From Proteromonas lacertae (Eukaryota), in contig NGBS01000016.1 in the NCBI GenBank assembly GCA_002245135.1, positions 62,001 to 126,000 on the forward strand: a DNA stretch of 64,000 bases. The letters are read 5' to 3'. The translations under genes were made by a program, and so were the position numbers. A model generated the notes under the pieces. It saw only the letters and a list, made by a program, of their open reading frames with translations, made no database searches and had not been told where the DNA came from. Of the stretch, positions 1 through 15,634 are shown piece after piece; the stretch's first letter is position 1, and each line of letters starts with the position of its first letter.

Positions 1-552
1 AGAAAAGAGTTAAAAGAAATTCTACCGCTATTAAAATACAAGGAAGTGCATGATGAAGTGAATAGAATATTGAAAGCCTATCATGTGATGCCATTTTTTA
101 ATTACTGTAAAAAAAATTCCAGTTTAAACAATGAAAGTGATTTTATACAATATGCAAATCAGAATTCTGACTACTGCAATTATTTGAATTTCTTACTATT
201 TAATATATTAAGAATATTGCCTTTGGATAGTGAAATATTGTACGAATTGTTTATAATTCTATTGGATGATGAAGATAATAAGATAATTATTGGAAATAAT
301 TTAGTGGAAAATTATATGAACAATATTGATTATTATTTAAGTGGATATGGAGATATATTGAAACTAAATCAAATAACAACACTTGTTTTTAGTGATAATA
401 ATGTAATTATGAAATTAAATCATCCATTTATTCAATTATTTGAATTAGTAGTTGAGTTTCAAAAGAGATATGACACTATCGAACCAGGAGAAGTGCATGT
501 GCCTTATAAAAGAAGAGATGCTTATCAAACGGTAATCAAACAATATTTCATG

Positions 553-592
<40 letters not shown>

Positions 593-2653
593 ATAGTAAT
601 ATCAATATGTTGATGGATTTACCTGATGTGATAAGTAATTATAATCCTGATGATGTTTTATGCAGAATATTAGATACAATCGATTTATTAATGAAAGATA
701 AAGTTGTTGGCGATAATCATTTAATGGTAAAAAGGGAATTAATCAGTCATATATCAACAGATATTGTGAATTTATCTCAAGGACCATTATTTCGTGTTAA
801 TTTATATACAATAATAACCAGATTATGTATATTAATAAATAAATAAATATATTATAATAAATAGATAAATTATTTCAACCAAATTGTTTATACAATTTTC
901 ATAATTTAGATATGATTATTCAGAGGATAATGTGTGATAATAAACGCTTAATTGTAGAATGTTATAACAATCAAGATATTCATGGTGAAAATGGATATTT
1001 GATGTTTTTATTTGAACATTTATTTGGTTCAATATTATTTACTATGAGTATTAATGAATTGAACAGTTGTTATTCTGATTTATTGAATACTTATGGTGAA
1101 ACTTTGATTTATAATGAAGAAGAGAAAATTATATCCACTAAAAATGATGGTAATAATAATTATATAGTGACAAATTTTACATCAACTGATTTTGATTCTT
1201 TTGGTTTAATAGAAACTGAAGATGTTGATAATCTATTTGATAATATGAATATACCTTTAAGTGAAGTTGATAGAAAGAGAATAATGCCAATAAAAACAGT
1301 ACCAACAACATTATTTGGATGTTTGAGATATTTCGTATATATATATATATATTATTATTATTATTATAAATAGTTAACTATTGTTCAACACAAGTCTAAT
1401 TTGTGGGTTAAAAATGGTTTAATGTTTACAGCTAAACTAAAGTCATGTTCTTCACCATTAAGTTATGAGTTAATGTGTCATTATTTACAGTTTATGATAT
1501 CTTTTACAGATAGTGAAAAAATATTGAAATTATTAGAGGAAATGTTTAATATTTATACAGTAAAACACAATTATTTAAATCAAAAAGATGTGAATTTGAA
1601 TTATTATAACGAATTTTTAACATTTGTTTTGACATTAATAACAAATCCATTACCTTTGAATAATGAAGACAATGATGATATATTTAATGAATATTTGAAA
1701 GTTGATATAATCCATTTATTATTGGAAAGAAAATATACTTTTAATGATATTGTTACAGTAATAAGCGATAAATATTATTATGTACCAGTTGATGAGCTTA
1801 GGGATAGAATAATTTCTCAAATAGATATTGTGTCAAATTATGATAAAATAGAAGGCTTTTATTATTTGAATAAAGAATATAATTATTATTACAATCCATT
1901 CTATTTAAGTTATAATTCCAATCAGAATTTGGTTGATGCTAATTCTATTTTTTCTGATCATACCGACTTTAAACCTTTTCCTCTTTTATATACTAATAAC
2001 AGTTGTCTTATGAATATATTCAATATCATTTATTCAGAAGAATATAATGAAATTATAAAGACTAATTTGATATATTTTCAGAATAACATAAATAATCAAA
2101 GCAATTCAAAAGTATTTACTATATTACAACCTACCTTGTGGATGATTATTATTGAAATAGAAGAAAAAGAAGATTTAGATGTTGATATTACAAATTTGAA
2201 GGGGATTAATAGTGATAATAAAACATTTTCAATATTAGTAAAGTATAGAAATGATACTATATTTGGTAAACAAATTCAATACATTTTAAAAAGATTTAAC
2301 GAATTAGGAATAATAATAGATGAAGATATTAATGATGTGAATAACGATAATAAAATCATAAATGAAACAGAAAAGAAATCAAAAAGAAAGTTACAAGATG
2401 TTTTAAATAGAATGAAACAAAAACAGCGAAAAGTATTATCAAAAATGGAAGAAGATGATATTGAAAATATTTTAGAAGAAACTGTAATAAATAAAAATAA
2501 CAGTTTTCCAGAATGTGTGATTTGTAAAAATAATGAAAATGAAAATCTCAATATTGGTCCTTTAGTTATACCAGTAACAATAATTCCAGTAATATCTTAT
2601 AATACACAAACAGTTCGTATTGATTGGTCAATAAATGTTGATAATCATTCTGC

Positions 2654-2693
<40 letters not shown>

Positions 2694-3082
2694 CAAAGAA
2701 TAAATCCAACTAGTGATGGAATAGTAATAACTGAAGCACAAAGAAGAAAAATAATTAGTTGTAGTCACATGATGCATTTGAAGTGTTTAAATGAATCTGC
2801 AGAGAGATCATTTTTTCAAAAGATATTACAACAAATGGTAAGTTCTGTAGATGCTAAAAGAAGGGAATATACTTGTCCAATATGTAGAGGATTATATAAT
2901 TTGTGTTTAATTATCCCAAATCATTGTGATAAACCATTTTTACCTAAATTAATAGAGAAAGGAGAAATATCAGATTATTCTTATTGGAATAGTAGTAATA
3001 ATGTGATGAATGAACCATATAAAACTACACTTAAGCCATATATAGATAAAGAGAAGAAATTTTATATTGATTTACATTATCC

Positions 3083-3143
<61 letters not shown>

Positions 3144-4445
3144 ACAAATATTCCATTAAGACCACGAGCACTTCGTCCAAGACAAACTCAACCATCTCAG
3201 TTACAAACTCAAGAGCAACAATCAGTATGTTTACCACCTCAACAACAATCAAATGCAATTACAACATCATTAGGTGCAGTTGTATTACTATATGATAATG
3301 AAATAATTCATAACTATACAGAAATATATTCGATCTTAGTAACAACAATTATTGATGCAGCAGATAATTTGAATAGTCATCCAACAAAGAAAATCGATTA
3401 TTTTATGATAAAATGTTTATTGTTTAATTGTCAATATTTTTTAAGCACTCAATTTACACATGCTTATAAACTGAATAAATTTTTAATAGAGTCAAATCCG
3501 AATAGTTATTTAGAGATATTAATGTATCAGATATTTTCATGTAATGATTCTGAATCAGTATTTGTCATATTAGTTGAGTTTTTATATCAATGTTTATGTT
3601 CTCATCATGATAGTTCATGTGATTTAGGTAAGGGTAAAAGAATGACGAAATCAATAAAGAAACATAGAACAGATGTATTAAAACTTATAAGTGAGAATAT
3701 GTTAAAATATGATTCATTAGATGAAGTATGTGAGAATAATAATGAATATAAGAGTTTATTTCATAAAATATTAGAAGGATTAGATTTTGAAATGAGAATT
3801 GCTTTTGTTATTTATCATTCATTCAATAGTAATAGTAAATACAATGAAATGGAAATACCAAAATATGATTTTATGAAATGTTTTATTAATTTTGATTTAC
3901 CTAAAATAATCAATGGTCATGTAAATCCAAAAACAGAATCAAGTATTAAATCTTATCTTCAGTTGCCTCGTTTTAATAAAAAACATTTAATAGAATTACC
4001 TGTAAACGATACTGCAGAATTATTGAAAGTATATTTGAGAGAATGTAATACCTGTAAATGCATGCCCAAAAATCCAGGATTGTGTTTAATTTGTGGTGAA
4101 ATATTATGTCCAAGTAGTCCTTGTTGTGAACGTGATAAGATAGGAGAAGTAACTTTACATTGTATTAATAAACATGGAGGTGTAGGTATGACTTTATCAT
4201 TAATAAATTATCGTGTATATTTAACTCGTTTTCAGTATACTTACGAATATATGCAATTATATATTAAAGATGATCCTAAACGTATAATTTAAATATATAT
4301 ATATTTATTTTTAATAGAAGGTGAAGAAGAATTCAATACTCGATATAATATGTTGGAAGAAATGTTTGAGAATGATAATATTTTTGAAACTGTATTTCAA
4401 AAAGTCGATATTTCTCAATATTATATTATGCATAACGCATTTTAG
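1..4445 (+). CDS. UBR1: UBR1/UBR2-type N-end-rule E3 ubiquitin ligase, 5'-truncated by the window edge, multi-exon
   Basis: RING with long insert (CVIC...CSHMMHLKC...CPIC) and UBR1-type C-terminus (GLCLICGEILCPSSPCC...GEVTLHCINKHGGVGMTLSL). Last intron 4282-4317 leads to a TAG at 4443-4445. Confidence 0.8.
2655..2693 (+). repeat. (AAT)13 microsatellite encoding poly-Asn inside the RING insert
   Basis: Directly visible tandem AAT. Confidence 0.95.
3084..3143 (+). repeat. (CAA)20 microsatellite encoding poly-Gln
   Basis: Directly visible tandem CAA. Confidence 0.95.
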
Positions 4446-4746
4446 ATAATTTTGACGATTAAGATTTTTCCTATTTTTATTGTGTGTTTTTGGTTCATCC
4501 AGACAATCAAATATTACTTTATTTTCTTTCATTACTATTTGTTCTTCTTCATTCAAATCATTTACTGATATATCTATTTATCTATTAATTTTTCTACTAA
4601 AAACCTTAATTTTTTTCACTCCTTCCAATGTATGTTAAAATATGATGATGATATTATCTCTATCCCTTCATTTTTGATTAATACACTGTATTAAGTGTAT
4701 TAAATTGTATTTTGTCAAAAAAAACAAAAGAAGTTATACAATATAA

Positions 4747-5866
4747 TTAAATTACACTTTTTCTTTTCATTCTAGTTGTTTTAGTTGTGGCAGAGAATTT
4801 AAACTGAGTTTGTTTATGTTTTAACAAATCATTTTGTGAACTCCTATTAGCCTGCTTTGTTTGATTAATAAACGATGAATATGTATTTTCTATTGTATTT
4901 CTATATGCATCAATTTTATTCAAAGTGGCATATGCAGATTTCGGTCTAACTTTATTATTTTGCCTTACTGGTGTTGAATACTGTTTAGATAATGGAATGA
5001 TATCCGGTTCAGAGCTTAACGCTGTAGTATACGACTCACTACAAGATGATGAATAAACAGCTATTCAATTAATTAATAAATTTGATATACATGTAGCAAA
5101 TGTAGGTGAAGAATCATTGGATGATGAATTAGAGGGCGTGGATGGAGGAGTTGGTAATTTATCAATATCATCCCAAGCAATTGTTGGAGGAATTGTAATT
5201 TCTATTTTCATTTTTCTTCTATTTAAGAATAATATAAATATATATAATTTACTTTGTTTGTATAGGACTTTGACTGTGAACAGTTGGATTCTTTATTCTT
5301 GATTCTTTCAACATACAATTGTGAGTATAATTAAGTGTTTCAAGAGGAGTTATTTTATTACTGTCAATATATTCATTTAATATTTTATAGGATGTAACTG
5401 AAACATTTAAATTATCTTGATTTGATTTATTGTTTAATATACGGGGATTAATTGATGATATATCAAATGATTTGGAATTTGGATTGTTATATGTGGTGTA
5501 TCTGGGATTAATATCCAGTGAAACTGGAACTGGTTTGAATAACTGATGTTGTGACTCTAAAACTATTATATAATAATTATACTTGGATTAAAATCAGATG
5601 ATGAATATTTCTTCTTCTGACAGGCTTTTAAGCCATAGATTCCTTTAATTCCAACAACTGGTTTATTACTTGAGTCTAATTTACATTCTATACATTAAAA
5701 ATTTGAATATACTAGGTTCTGTTGGTTGAACATACACAGTTCTTCTTCCTGAAGAAGATGGACGTGGACTCTCTCTATTCGGAGAATAAAGAGGTTTTAC
5801 CCATAAAGAGGACGAAAAAGAAGTATTTGGATTCTTTTGTGTAGAGATGTGACCATTAGTTTTCAT
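4747..5866 (-). CDS. Hypothetical Ser/Pro-rich protein, multi-exon
   Basis: ATG at 5866 (MKTNGHISTQ...), short GT-AG introns, coding-like composition; no recognisable domain and exon chain not fully verified. Confidence 0.4.
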
Positions 5867-6062
5867 TATAGCAAATAAAAACAACTATATCCGTTACAAA
5901 ATATTAAAATTCTAAAACTAGCATTAAATATTATTATCATTTACTGTTTATTTTTTTATCATAATAAACTATATTAAGAAAAAATAAATCGATTAATTCA
6001 ACGATAATTAGATTTAAATTAATAATTAAAAAATGTGTTAACTATATACTAAAAATCACTGA

Positions 6063-6583
6063 CTAAGAATCAGATTTCCATTTAGCTTCAAAAATAGTTT
6101 TTAACTGTTTTTCTAATCGCTCAACATTCCCTTTAGCTATATCAAACTTCTTCTTCATTTCTAAACCTTCCGCTCTGGCAACTTCATACTATTAAAGAAA
6201 TAAATGCATATTTTATAATAATAATTATACTTTTTCTTTCAAAATTTGAATTAGAAGTGACTGTTTTTGCATTTGACTTTGATATTTGTCTTCATCTTCA
6301 GGCCTATCAATCGAACGACCATATGTTACTATATTGGATGAGTTTTATAAACTATACACTGATTCCACATACCATCTGGGGAATACAAAAATAAATTGCC
6401 TCCTAAATTCAAAGTAATTATTATTGGCTCATTTGGCTTTGGAGTATCATTAATAGCATCTTCAATGCTTAAATAGTTAAAGAAAGAGAATATATAGTAA
6501 TAAAAAATGAAAGGATATCAACTAAATTGGTCGTCGTTGTTTTATTCCTATAACAGTATAAATGAATTGGTGTTATAATACAT
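6063..6583 (-). CDS. Small coiled-coil protein, weakly Chibby-like; 5' structure unresolved
   Basis: Spliced exons read ...IIITLNLGGNLFLYSPDGMWN...QKQSLLIQILKEKYEVARAEGLEMKKKF...WKSDS*; resemblance judged by eye. Confidence 0.35.
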
Positions 6584-6697
6584 CTAAAAGATATTGAAAT
6601 AACTAACGAATATATTTTGAAACTACTCTATTTTCAAAAATTCAAACAACACATACAATTATAATAAGTGATATTTAATGTATAAAAATAATAAGCA

Positions 6698-7700
6698 CTA
6701 TTGCTTCAATGCATTTAACCTTGCCTCTAAGCTTCCCACTATAACAATTACATAATAATAAAATAATACTATCAAAACCACCTGCATCTGGTGGTGGTGC
6801 AGCAAATCCACCTCCTGGTTGAGGATACTGACCAGGTGGTGGGAATTGTGGATTTGGTTGATATTGTGGGTTTGGATACTGTGGATTAGGTTGAAATTGA
6901 GGATTAGGCTGTGGATCTCCACCAACAGGTATTGGTTGTGGTTGCTGATACACGGGTTGTGGCTGTTGATATACTTGTTGAGGTTGTTGATATGTTTGAG
7001 CTGGTGCAGCTATTGGAGATGGTCCTAGGTCTACACTTACTACTGCCATCATATTGTTCATATATGCATTTAATTCTTCTTCGTGGACTACTGGATCTAC
7101 TTGATCATTTCCTAAAGTCTCATTAACAACACCAACCCTATAAATAATATATATATTATTAATATTATACTGCACATTCAAATCCTCAGATATTTTGTTT
7201 ATATTAGCAATTGCTACAGAAATGTTATTTGCTTTACATGCTTGATTGATAGCTTCTAGGCTTGATACTACGTTTGGTAATTTGGAAGCAATTTGTTGAG
7301 TTGTCATTGCCATTTTTATCTTTCCTGCAATTATATCTAAGTTGACTGCTTGGGAATTAAATATGGATTGTTGTTTCTTTATATCTAAAGCTTGCTATTG
7401 TCATTAAATTACTTTAAATAATACTTTAGCATATAAACGAGCAGAATTATTATCTCCTTTTTTCAAATACTAACGAAGTATATAATCTGTGAATATACTT
7501 GCTGACATTTAGTATCGCATTGTTTTATTTGTTTATCTAATGCTCTGGATTGACACTCTATTTGCTTAGCTGTCATTTTTAGATCCATAAGTTGATCTAA
7601 CGAATATTAAATAGAATAATACTGTACACATCTTTTTCATTATATACTGGCTGTTTTTTACCACCGAACACTAAAATAAATGAGGATATATACAAGGCAT
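6698..7700 (-). CDS. CHMP1: ESCRT-III subunit CHMP1/Did2/Vps46 with Pro/Gln-rich insert
   Basis: Spliced N-terminus NQLMDLKMTAKQIECQSRALDKQ...SARLYAKQAL; MIM1-like C-terminus SLEARLNALKQ*. Confidence 0.75.
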
Positions 7701-7819
7701 ATTTTTAGTTTAAGAATATTTGGGGCTGTTTTCCGTTATTTTGAAACACCTACTGTAAATACACTTTTTGTCAAAAACAAAAAAAGGATAAACATTTAAT
7801 AACAATAAAAAAATGTTTT

Positions 7820-10800
7820 TTAATCTGATAATATCAGACTACTCACTATTCTTTTGGCTAAAAACCTTCTAATGTACTTTTGAATCACAACGGCAGCTTT
7901 TGGAACAAGTATCCCTTCCAACTCATTTAAATACTTAAATCCAGCTTTTTGATATATTGATCTCTTCTTTTCATTACAAAAACTCAACAACAAATTCTCA
8001 ATTTTTATTGCTCTTTTACAGATAGATATTGAAGATGAATATTCCAAGTTTTTAACCTATTTATAATCTATATATTATATATACAGCGTCTAGAAGTTCA
8101 AAAGACTCAAAATCTCCCCATTCTATCAAATTCTCAGTTCCCATATTGATAAACCAAGGTTCACGATGTTTAATATATTCCATTAATGCATTATAAGTGT
8201 TACTCTTAATTTGATGATTTGTTTCAGATAAATACTATATTAAAATGAAAATTAATAAAATACATGATTTGGTGGTGGAATTAATCCTTCATTTATAAAC
8301 TTATACCAATTTTCACATTCTTCTAATGATGAAAATATTAGTGATATTGGCTCATCAGGTTTAGGAAATTGTATAGTTATTTCCAATGAATGTGGATTTT
8401 TTACAACAGTTGAACCAACTAAATCATACTTTCGATGTGCTAGTTTTTGTCTTATTCCATTCTTATCAAAGAATTCATATAAATATCGACCTTTAATAAT
8501 GAAATATCTATTTTTCTTCTTACCAATATCACCTGTTTGCTTTTGTATATTGCCTTCATAATCTCCATTGAAACTATTCACAGATGGTAATAATCCTCTT
8601 TCTAAATGATGATACAATAACTATAAAACAAATAAATAACTATATATATATACATCTAAAGCAAAACAAGCGATAGGTAAATAGGATGAGTGTGAAAGTG
8701 ATATTATATCATTGATCGATAATGAGAAACTAAGCGGATTTGAGAATGTCATATTTTGATGGATTATATTCAGTATTCTTACTGACAAATCTCTTACTGT
8801 TGGTGATTTTGAGTATGTAAACTTGACAATTTCTTTTAATATATTCAATTCTTTATCTATTATATATATATGTAAAATAAATACCTTCAATTAAGTATTG
8901 TAAACATTGATAATTACTAATACCATAATAAATACAATATAAAGATGCAGTTTCTAATAAAGGTATTGAGTTTAATAATGTAGCAACATAAATGATTTGT
9001 GTTTTATGTCTTATTGTTGTATCATTTATATATATTGGATTTGATAGAATAATTGTAAGAATTTTTATTACTTCAACACAAATATTTGGTTTGTCTTTGT
9101 TTAATAAGTCTATGTAAATCAATAATAAATAATAATCAATACATATAATCTTTTCAAAAAAATGAAAACTAACATATATCTTTATAAATTCTTCGTTTTT
9201 GAGTAGTATAAAAAGTGAATGTAAATATTTGATATAAAACATATCTTCATGATGTTCTTCAGCTATTTTCATATACATTGCTAAACCATTTTTATTACAT
9301 GATCCAACAAGACTTTCAAAACCATCAATAAACAATGTTGAAAGTGTCTATAAACAATAAACATAGTAAAAAAAACTATACATCTAACACAAATAAACTA
9401 GTCTCATAGCTGACATGATTATATTTATCTGTTGAATTATTTAAAACATCTAAAAACAATGTAAAACATTCAATATTATTCAAACTATGCTGAACTTTCA
9501 TTTCCGTTATTCCATATATAGTAGCCATTGTATAAGTAAGAATTACTTCACTATCATTTCTATATTTCTTATTCAAAGCATTATGAGCTATCTCTATTAA
9601 AACTGTCAATCCTTTTTCACACAATTCCTTGGTTTTATCTTGATAATATGATAAATTAAATAACCAATATTGAGATGATTTATTTCCATTTGTGAAATAT
9701 GCACATGCTGTTACACATGTCTTTATCAGTTTTATATATCGAAAATTGAATATTTTTAGTATCAAAGCTATTTCTAGGTTTAACAGTCTCTCATATTTTT
9801 CACCATATAAATCCACTATAGCATTAATAATAATAATAATAATAGAAATTAAAAATATACAGAAGAAGTAATTCAAATCAATCATCAAATCATGTTTCTT
9901 TTCATACCATCTTGATATTAAATGATCAATGGTTAAATTCTGTAGTTTTGTATCAAATACTTGTGGATTCAATACGGCATATAAATACAATAATAATCTG
10001 ATTAATTGAATATCACATAAGATATGATGTTTTTCGTTATTGTGTATATATAGAAGATCTTGATATATCTTTTCAGTTATTCCATTTTCAATGAACAATT
10101 TTACATCTTTTATTGATGTTTTATAACTTTTTATTATTCTTCTTATTGCATTCCATGTATATATTTTAAATCTAATATATACATATATATATATATATAT
10201 AACATACATTGAATTTTGAAAATTTGTTATGGTTAATAATCGAGCAACTGTAAAATTCTTCAAAGCTGGAGATGGAGCATTATTGAAATTCTATATAATA
10301 TGAAAAGTAAAAGAAAAAAAATACAGAAATATCTGACAAAATATTCGCCAATATCTGTGATGATAAGACTTGAATCACTTCACAACTTATTTCATATTCA
10401 TTATACTGATTCCTACAATTATTAGCATTAAATACATCAATATCTTTAAATGAAAAAATTGTTGCTCCAAATGATACTGGTGATGGACTTAACATTGTAT
10501 CATCTATCATTTGTGTCTTAGTAAATGTAAATTTAAACCTACTATTTCTATTCACATATATATCTTCTGTTTCTTCTTCATTATCTATATCATTATCATT
10601 TGCTTTGTCTTTGATAGGTAATAAACTATTATCAAATTTTTGAGGTATTTTATTATATTTGTATTTAACTAATACTTTCTTCTTCAGTCTTCTTTTCTTT
10701 TCGTCCACATTTAGTGTTATAGGAATATAATCTGTTTGAGGTACTGATAAATAGGATGGAATTGGACCAATCAATGATGGTTTTCTTTTGTTTTTGGGTG

Positions 10801-13800
10801 TTGAAGGTTTTGACATAGCAAGTGATCTATTTTGATGTAATGGAGATGGAATTTCTTTTACACTAAATGAAGAAGATGATTTATTATCTTCACTATCACT
10901 TAATGATGAAATAGATGATGTTAATACTTGATTAGTGTATGACATGATATCTGTAAGTGATTTTGGTATTGGAAATGATAGTGGAGTATTTGAAATTGAT
11001 GATGATGATGAAGAGGATTGTTGTGGATGTTGTGATGGTTGTGGTGGTGAAGATGGAATAGTAATGGGAGGTAAAGACATAGATTGACGTTTCTGTTTAT
11101 TATTTAAAGATGATGAAGAAGTGGGTGGAGGTGGAAATGAAATATTTTGATCATACATTGAGTTTGACATTTGATTTGAATTATCTGAATATGACAATGT
11201 TATAGGCGATTTGAATAACTCTTCAAATACAGAATTGGCTGTATTATTATTAACATTATTTATTGATTTACAATTCATTTGTTCAACAAATTGATCATCA
11301 AATTCAACATCATTATTCTGTAATTCTTTTCTATTAATTGCATCTAAACAAACAGAATTTCTAAGATTATCAGTCAACATATTCTTAATTTCACTAATAT
11401 CAAATACCATTCCAACTCTCTTTTTGACTCTATCATTCTCTTTGTGAAATATATTCTCATTTTCTACTTCTTGTATTATTACACTGGATGAATGAAGTAT
11501 ATTCTTCACTACTTTCCATATTTTTTCATCTCCTTCAATTCCAATTTGACTGGGTGGTTTGATTGTTTCTTTACATTTACAATAGCAACTACAAAATGAA
11601 CATTTCATTGTAAATGGTGCGTTTAAATTGTAACAAACATTACATAACCATTGATTCATACCATTGCTATTCTCATTTTCATTATTCTCATTATTTATCA
11701 GAGTTTTCTCTGATGCATAAAAGTTATCATGGTTTCTTAAACATCTACTCATAGATTTTGCCAATGGAATAAATGAAACATTACAAACTCCTTCATGGCA
11801 AGATAAGAGATAAATGATCTTTATTATATACAATAATATATGGATATCACGAATATAACTCAATATAATGATCTATATAACAATAATATGAGAAGATAAA
11901 TATACCAAGTCTAGATTATTCAAATATGGTTTGATTTCTTCTGGAACAAGACAATTCTTACTCTTAAATAGATGTGGAATCTTTTGAAAATCATCAATTT
12001 CATCAACATCACATTCAATATCAGTATCAACAAGACTTGCATTACTTCCATTCACTAGAATAACAAAAATATATATATATACTTATTGATTGAAATGTAT
12101 TATACCATCTCTTTGTTGCTCTACCATCTTTACCTTGAAGACATATATTAATCAACTTCTTATTTGAATTAACAATTTCTTTATTAGACAACAGTATATA
12201 GTTAGATTTCTCATCTCTTATTCGAATAATACACAAATCATTCAAATTGTAACTATTTAATGACTGTAAATATGGAGCAATGACATTATTGGTTATATAA
12301 TCATAAATATATAAATGATAATCACTTAAAATACACCACCTTTTAGTCCATTTCAATTGATCATTATCTTCTTTTTCAAACTCATGATTAACATAAATCC
12401 AACCACTTTTTAAAGGACATAAAATCCTTTCACATAATGGAAAACTCACGTTATATAATCTCTCATATAATACTCTCAATATTCTTACAATTAAAGATTG
12501 ATTGTCACATTGTAACAAATAGAATAACGATTCTGTATTCAATTCATTCAATAAACAAGAATTATAATCATTATTATTTCCAATCCAATTCTTAATCATT
12601 TGGTTAGATAGTTCTTTCAGTATATCATATTCACTTTGACTAATTTCCACGATTGAATAAATAAATGTACTGAATTGAGAAAGAAAGTGAAAACCATTAG
12701 TATCTCTAGTTATTTCGATAAAACATAATAATATATTATATGTAAGACTATTGCTATTATTAGTACTTGAATTATTTGAATCTAACAGTCGAATCAAAGG
12801 TTTGACTAGTTCAGGATCTGAGTATGAAAGAATTGAGATATTTTGGGGGATTGTAAATATGATCTGTAATAATTCACATATTATCTTGAGTAATGAATCT
12901 TCTATTTTTATTTTATTCTCATTATTGTAATTGAAGAACAACAATAACATATCGATAATTCCACATTTTCCTAGTAATATATTGTATCTATAATCTTTGG
13001 ATATAGTCAGTAATATATTTATTACGGGTAATACAAATAACATCGGTTGTTGTAATAGAATAGGCTTGACTAAAGTTCGAATCTTTTTATTGTTATATTC
13101 AAGTATAGAAATCCAATTAATATTGACCATATTGAATATCATCGTTATTGAATCAATTGAGTTGGTTATTTGATTGTAAGTTGGTTTAATCTCACATTCT
13201 TTATAGATAATACTATACAATATCTCCACTAAATCAAATGAAAATAATGACATGTAAAATTCATTTGGATAATTTCTAATTACTAGTAACAAAATTTCCA
13301 AAGCAATTTGAAGGATTGGTAGGCTATTATCATCATAACCGTGTAATATAACTTTCTTTAACACATTTACAAATATTAACCAACTATTATTATTATTATT
13401 ATTAATCAAAACTGAATATAAACTATTATCAATACCATTATTTGCCTCTAATTGTGATTTTATAATGTTTAATACACTTAGTGTTGTTTGTTTTGCTTTT
13501 ATATCTAATAAAGTTAAGATCAATATTTCATTGCTTAATAATTTACATAACTCATTAACTGTATTATTAATTTTGTTTATCCCATAAAATAAATCACATG
13601 AATACCTTACAAAATATTTCAAATCTTCATTGTTCTTATATATATCATAATAAATACTGTGCAGATTGGAGTTAATGAATATTGAAGAATCAAATATTGC
13701 AGTAGGATAAGGAGAAGAAGGAGATTTGTTAGTTTGATTAGTATAGTAATAATAGTGTAAAAACATAGATATTTGAGGTATTATTTTAGGAAAATCTTTA

Positions 13801-13927
13801 TAATTGTTATTCATTAACTATAGAAAAAGTATTATGGATAGTAGTAGTATACATTAATTGAATAGACTATTACATCATCAGTGAGAATCTTGTTTATTTG
13901 TTCAGGGAAATATTTCATTATACAACA

Positions 13928-13967
<40 letters not shown>

Positions 13968-15490
13968 TTATAACAATAATATAGTATATATACAAAATAT
14001 AGAGTGATGGAATTGAATAACACAAAACTGAAGACTTATACAAATCAATAAAACAATCAACAGATATGTATTTCAATAATATTTCCACTATTTAATTATA
14101 TTAACACATCAATATTATATACATGACTGTTTAGATTCATTATTCAATGTCTTAATAGTTGAACCACATATTAAACTAATAAATATCAACAATTTATGTT
14201 TAGAAATATCAAAATAATATTGAAAATTTGATAATAATAACAAATATATATCAGAATTAATAATCTTCTTTCTTATTGAATTAACATTCAACATTAATAT
14301 CAACATATCCAAAATATAATCATATAATTCCACATGATCAGATTTAAATATCATTACTATGTTATTCCTCACATTCTGACTCAAAATCATATTAATATCT
14401 AAAATTGGAAAGATTTCGCAGTTTTTTATCACTTGTTGATGTGTATCTTCATTTTTATTATAAATCTTATAATTCTCTGTGTTTTTATTCACCAACTCAA
14501 TTGATTTCACAATTTCTTCGATTATATGTATGTCTTTGTTATAGAATGTGATTATTTCACCATTTGGAATGATCAAATCAAATGAATTGATGTTTGAAAT
14601 CACTCTACATCCATTTAGACGGATTTTTAAAGAAGGAATTGTTGTAAATTCCTTAGACTATAACATATTAATTATATATATATACGTTATATTCATATAA
14701 ATAATTATCATTAATAATAACATAACATAGAAACTTGCTATTATTATTAATATATTGAAATCTATCAACTTTCATATGATATTCATTTTTATTTATATTC
14801 AAAATTGGTGAAGATGAAAGTGTAAATGATTGTAAACTTTCAATAACATACTTTATACATTTATATAATATGGATATATATGGTAGACTTAGAAAACATT
14901 CAATATTTAAATCATTTAATGGTCTATTGTATAATATATATATATAATACATAAATAATATTAAAAAATAGAATTATACATATTAGTTTGAGGAAGAAAT
15001 GTGAAAATATTACTAATACAATTTGTTATGTTATTTTTATCACCTATTTTCAAGTTATCTACTATATCACCTATTAAATTGTTTTCTAGTATGTAATTTA
15101 CTATGTTTAAGCTAGTTAAGATTAGTATAAATACATATACGAAAAAGATAACGAACATAATATGTAGATCAAGTCACTTTTGGTATTGGCATCCTTTCTT
15201 GTAAATTCTAGTAGATAGTTTAATAGATTTGGATATATCAAATTATCCCGAAACTTTGAATTCTGACACAGTGATTTACAACATATAAATAACTAAATAT
15301 TTTAAAAATAATATATAAATACATCATAACCATTTTCGCATGGTAAATTAATAGTCTGCTTTACAGTTTCATCATTACTTGACGGGTTATAAAGATTCTG
15401 GAGGTATTCGTGCAGTTCCACATAGATTGCTATTGTTTTTATATTTTTCAATATACGTTTATCAGTTTTAATAGGCTTTAAAAGATCCAT
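7820..15490 (-). CDS. Large multi-exon ARM-like helical protein with about three PH domains, a RanBP2-type zinc finger and a C-terminal IQ motif
   Basis: PH motifs (KSGWIYV...WTKRWCILSDYHLYIY; YEGNIQKQ...KNRYFIIKGRYLYEF), WLCNVC...CSFC, IQKYIRRFLAKR; consecutive ORFs separated by short GT-AG introns; ATG at 15490. Confidence 0.6.
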
Positions 15491-15634
15491 TTTTTGTTTT
15501 CTGATCAAGCCAAGCTATTCCAAACAGTGTTTGAATACTTTTAAAACGACTATATTGTTTTTTTATAAAAGCTTGAGATATAGTTTGAAAAATCAAATTT
15601 TACATTTTTTATCATATTTCGAGTAATATATGGA

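Noticed and set aside
4311..4556. 81-aa minus-strand ORF overlapping the UBR1 last exon
   Set aside because: No clear ATG exon or domain; half of it is antisense to UBR1
6547..6583. Possible start codon split by an intron (AT|G) or 2-nt microexon
   Set aside because: The resulting frame reaches a stop and cannot be joined cleanly to downstream exons
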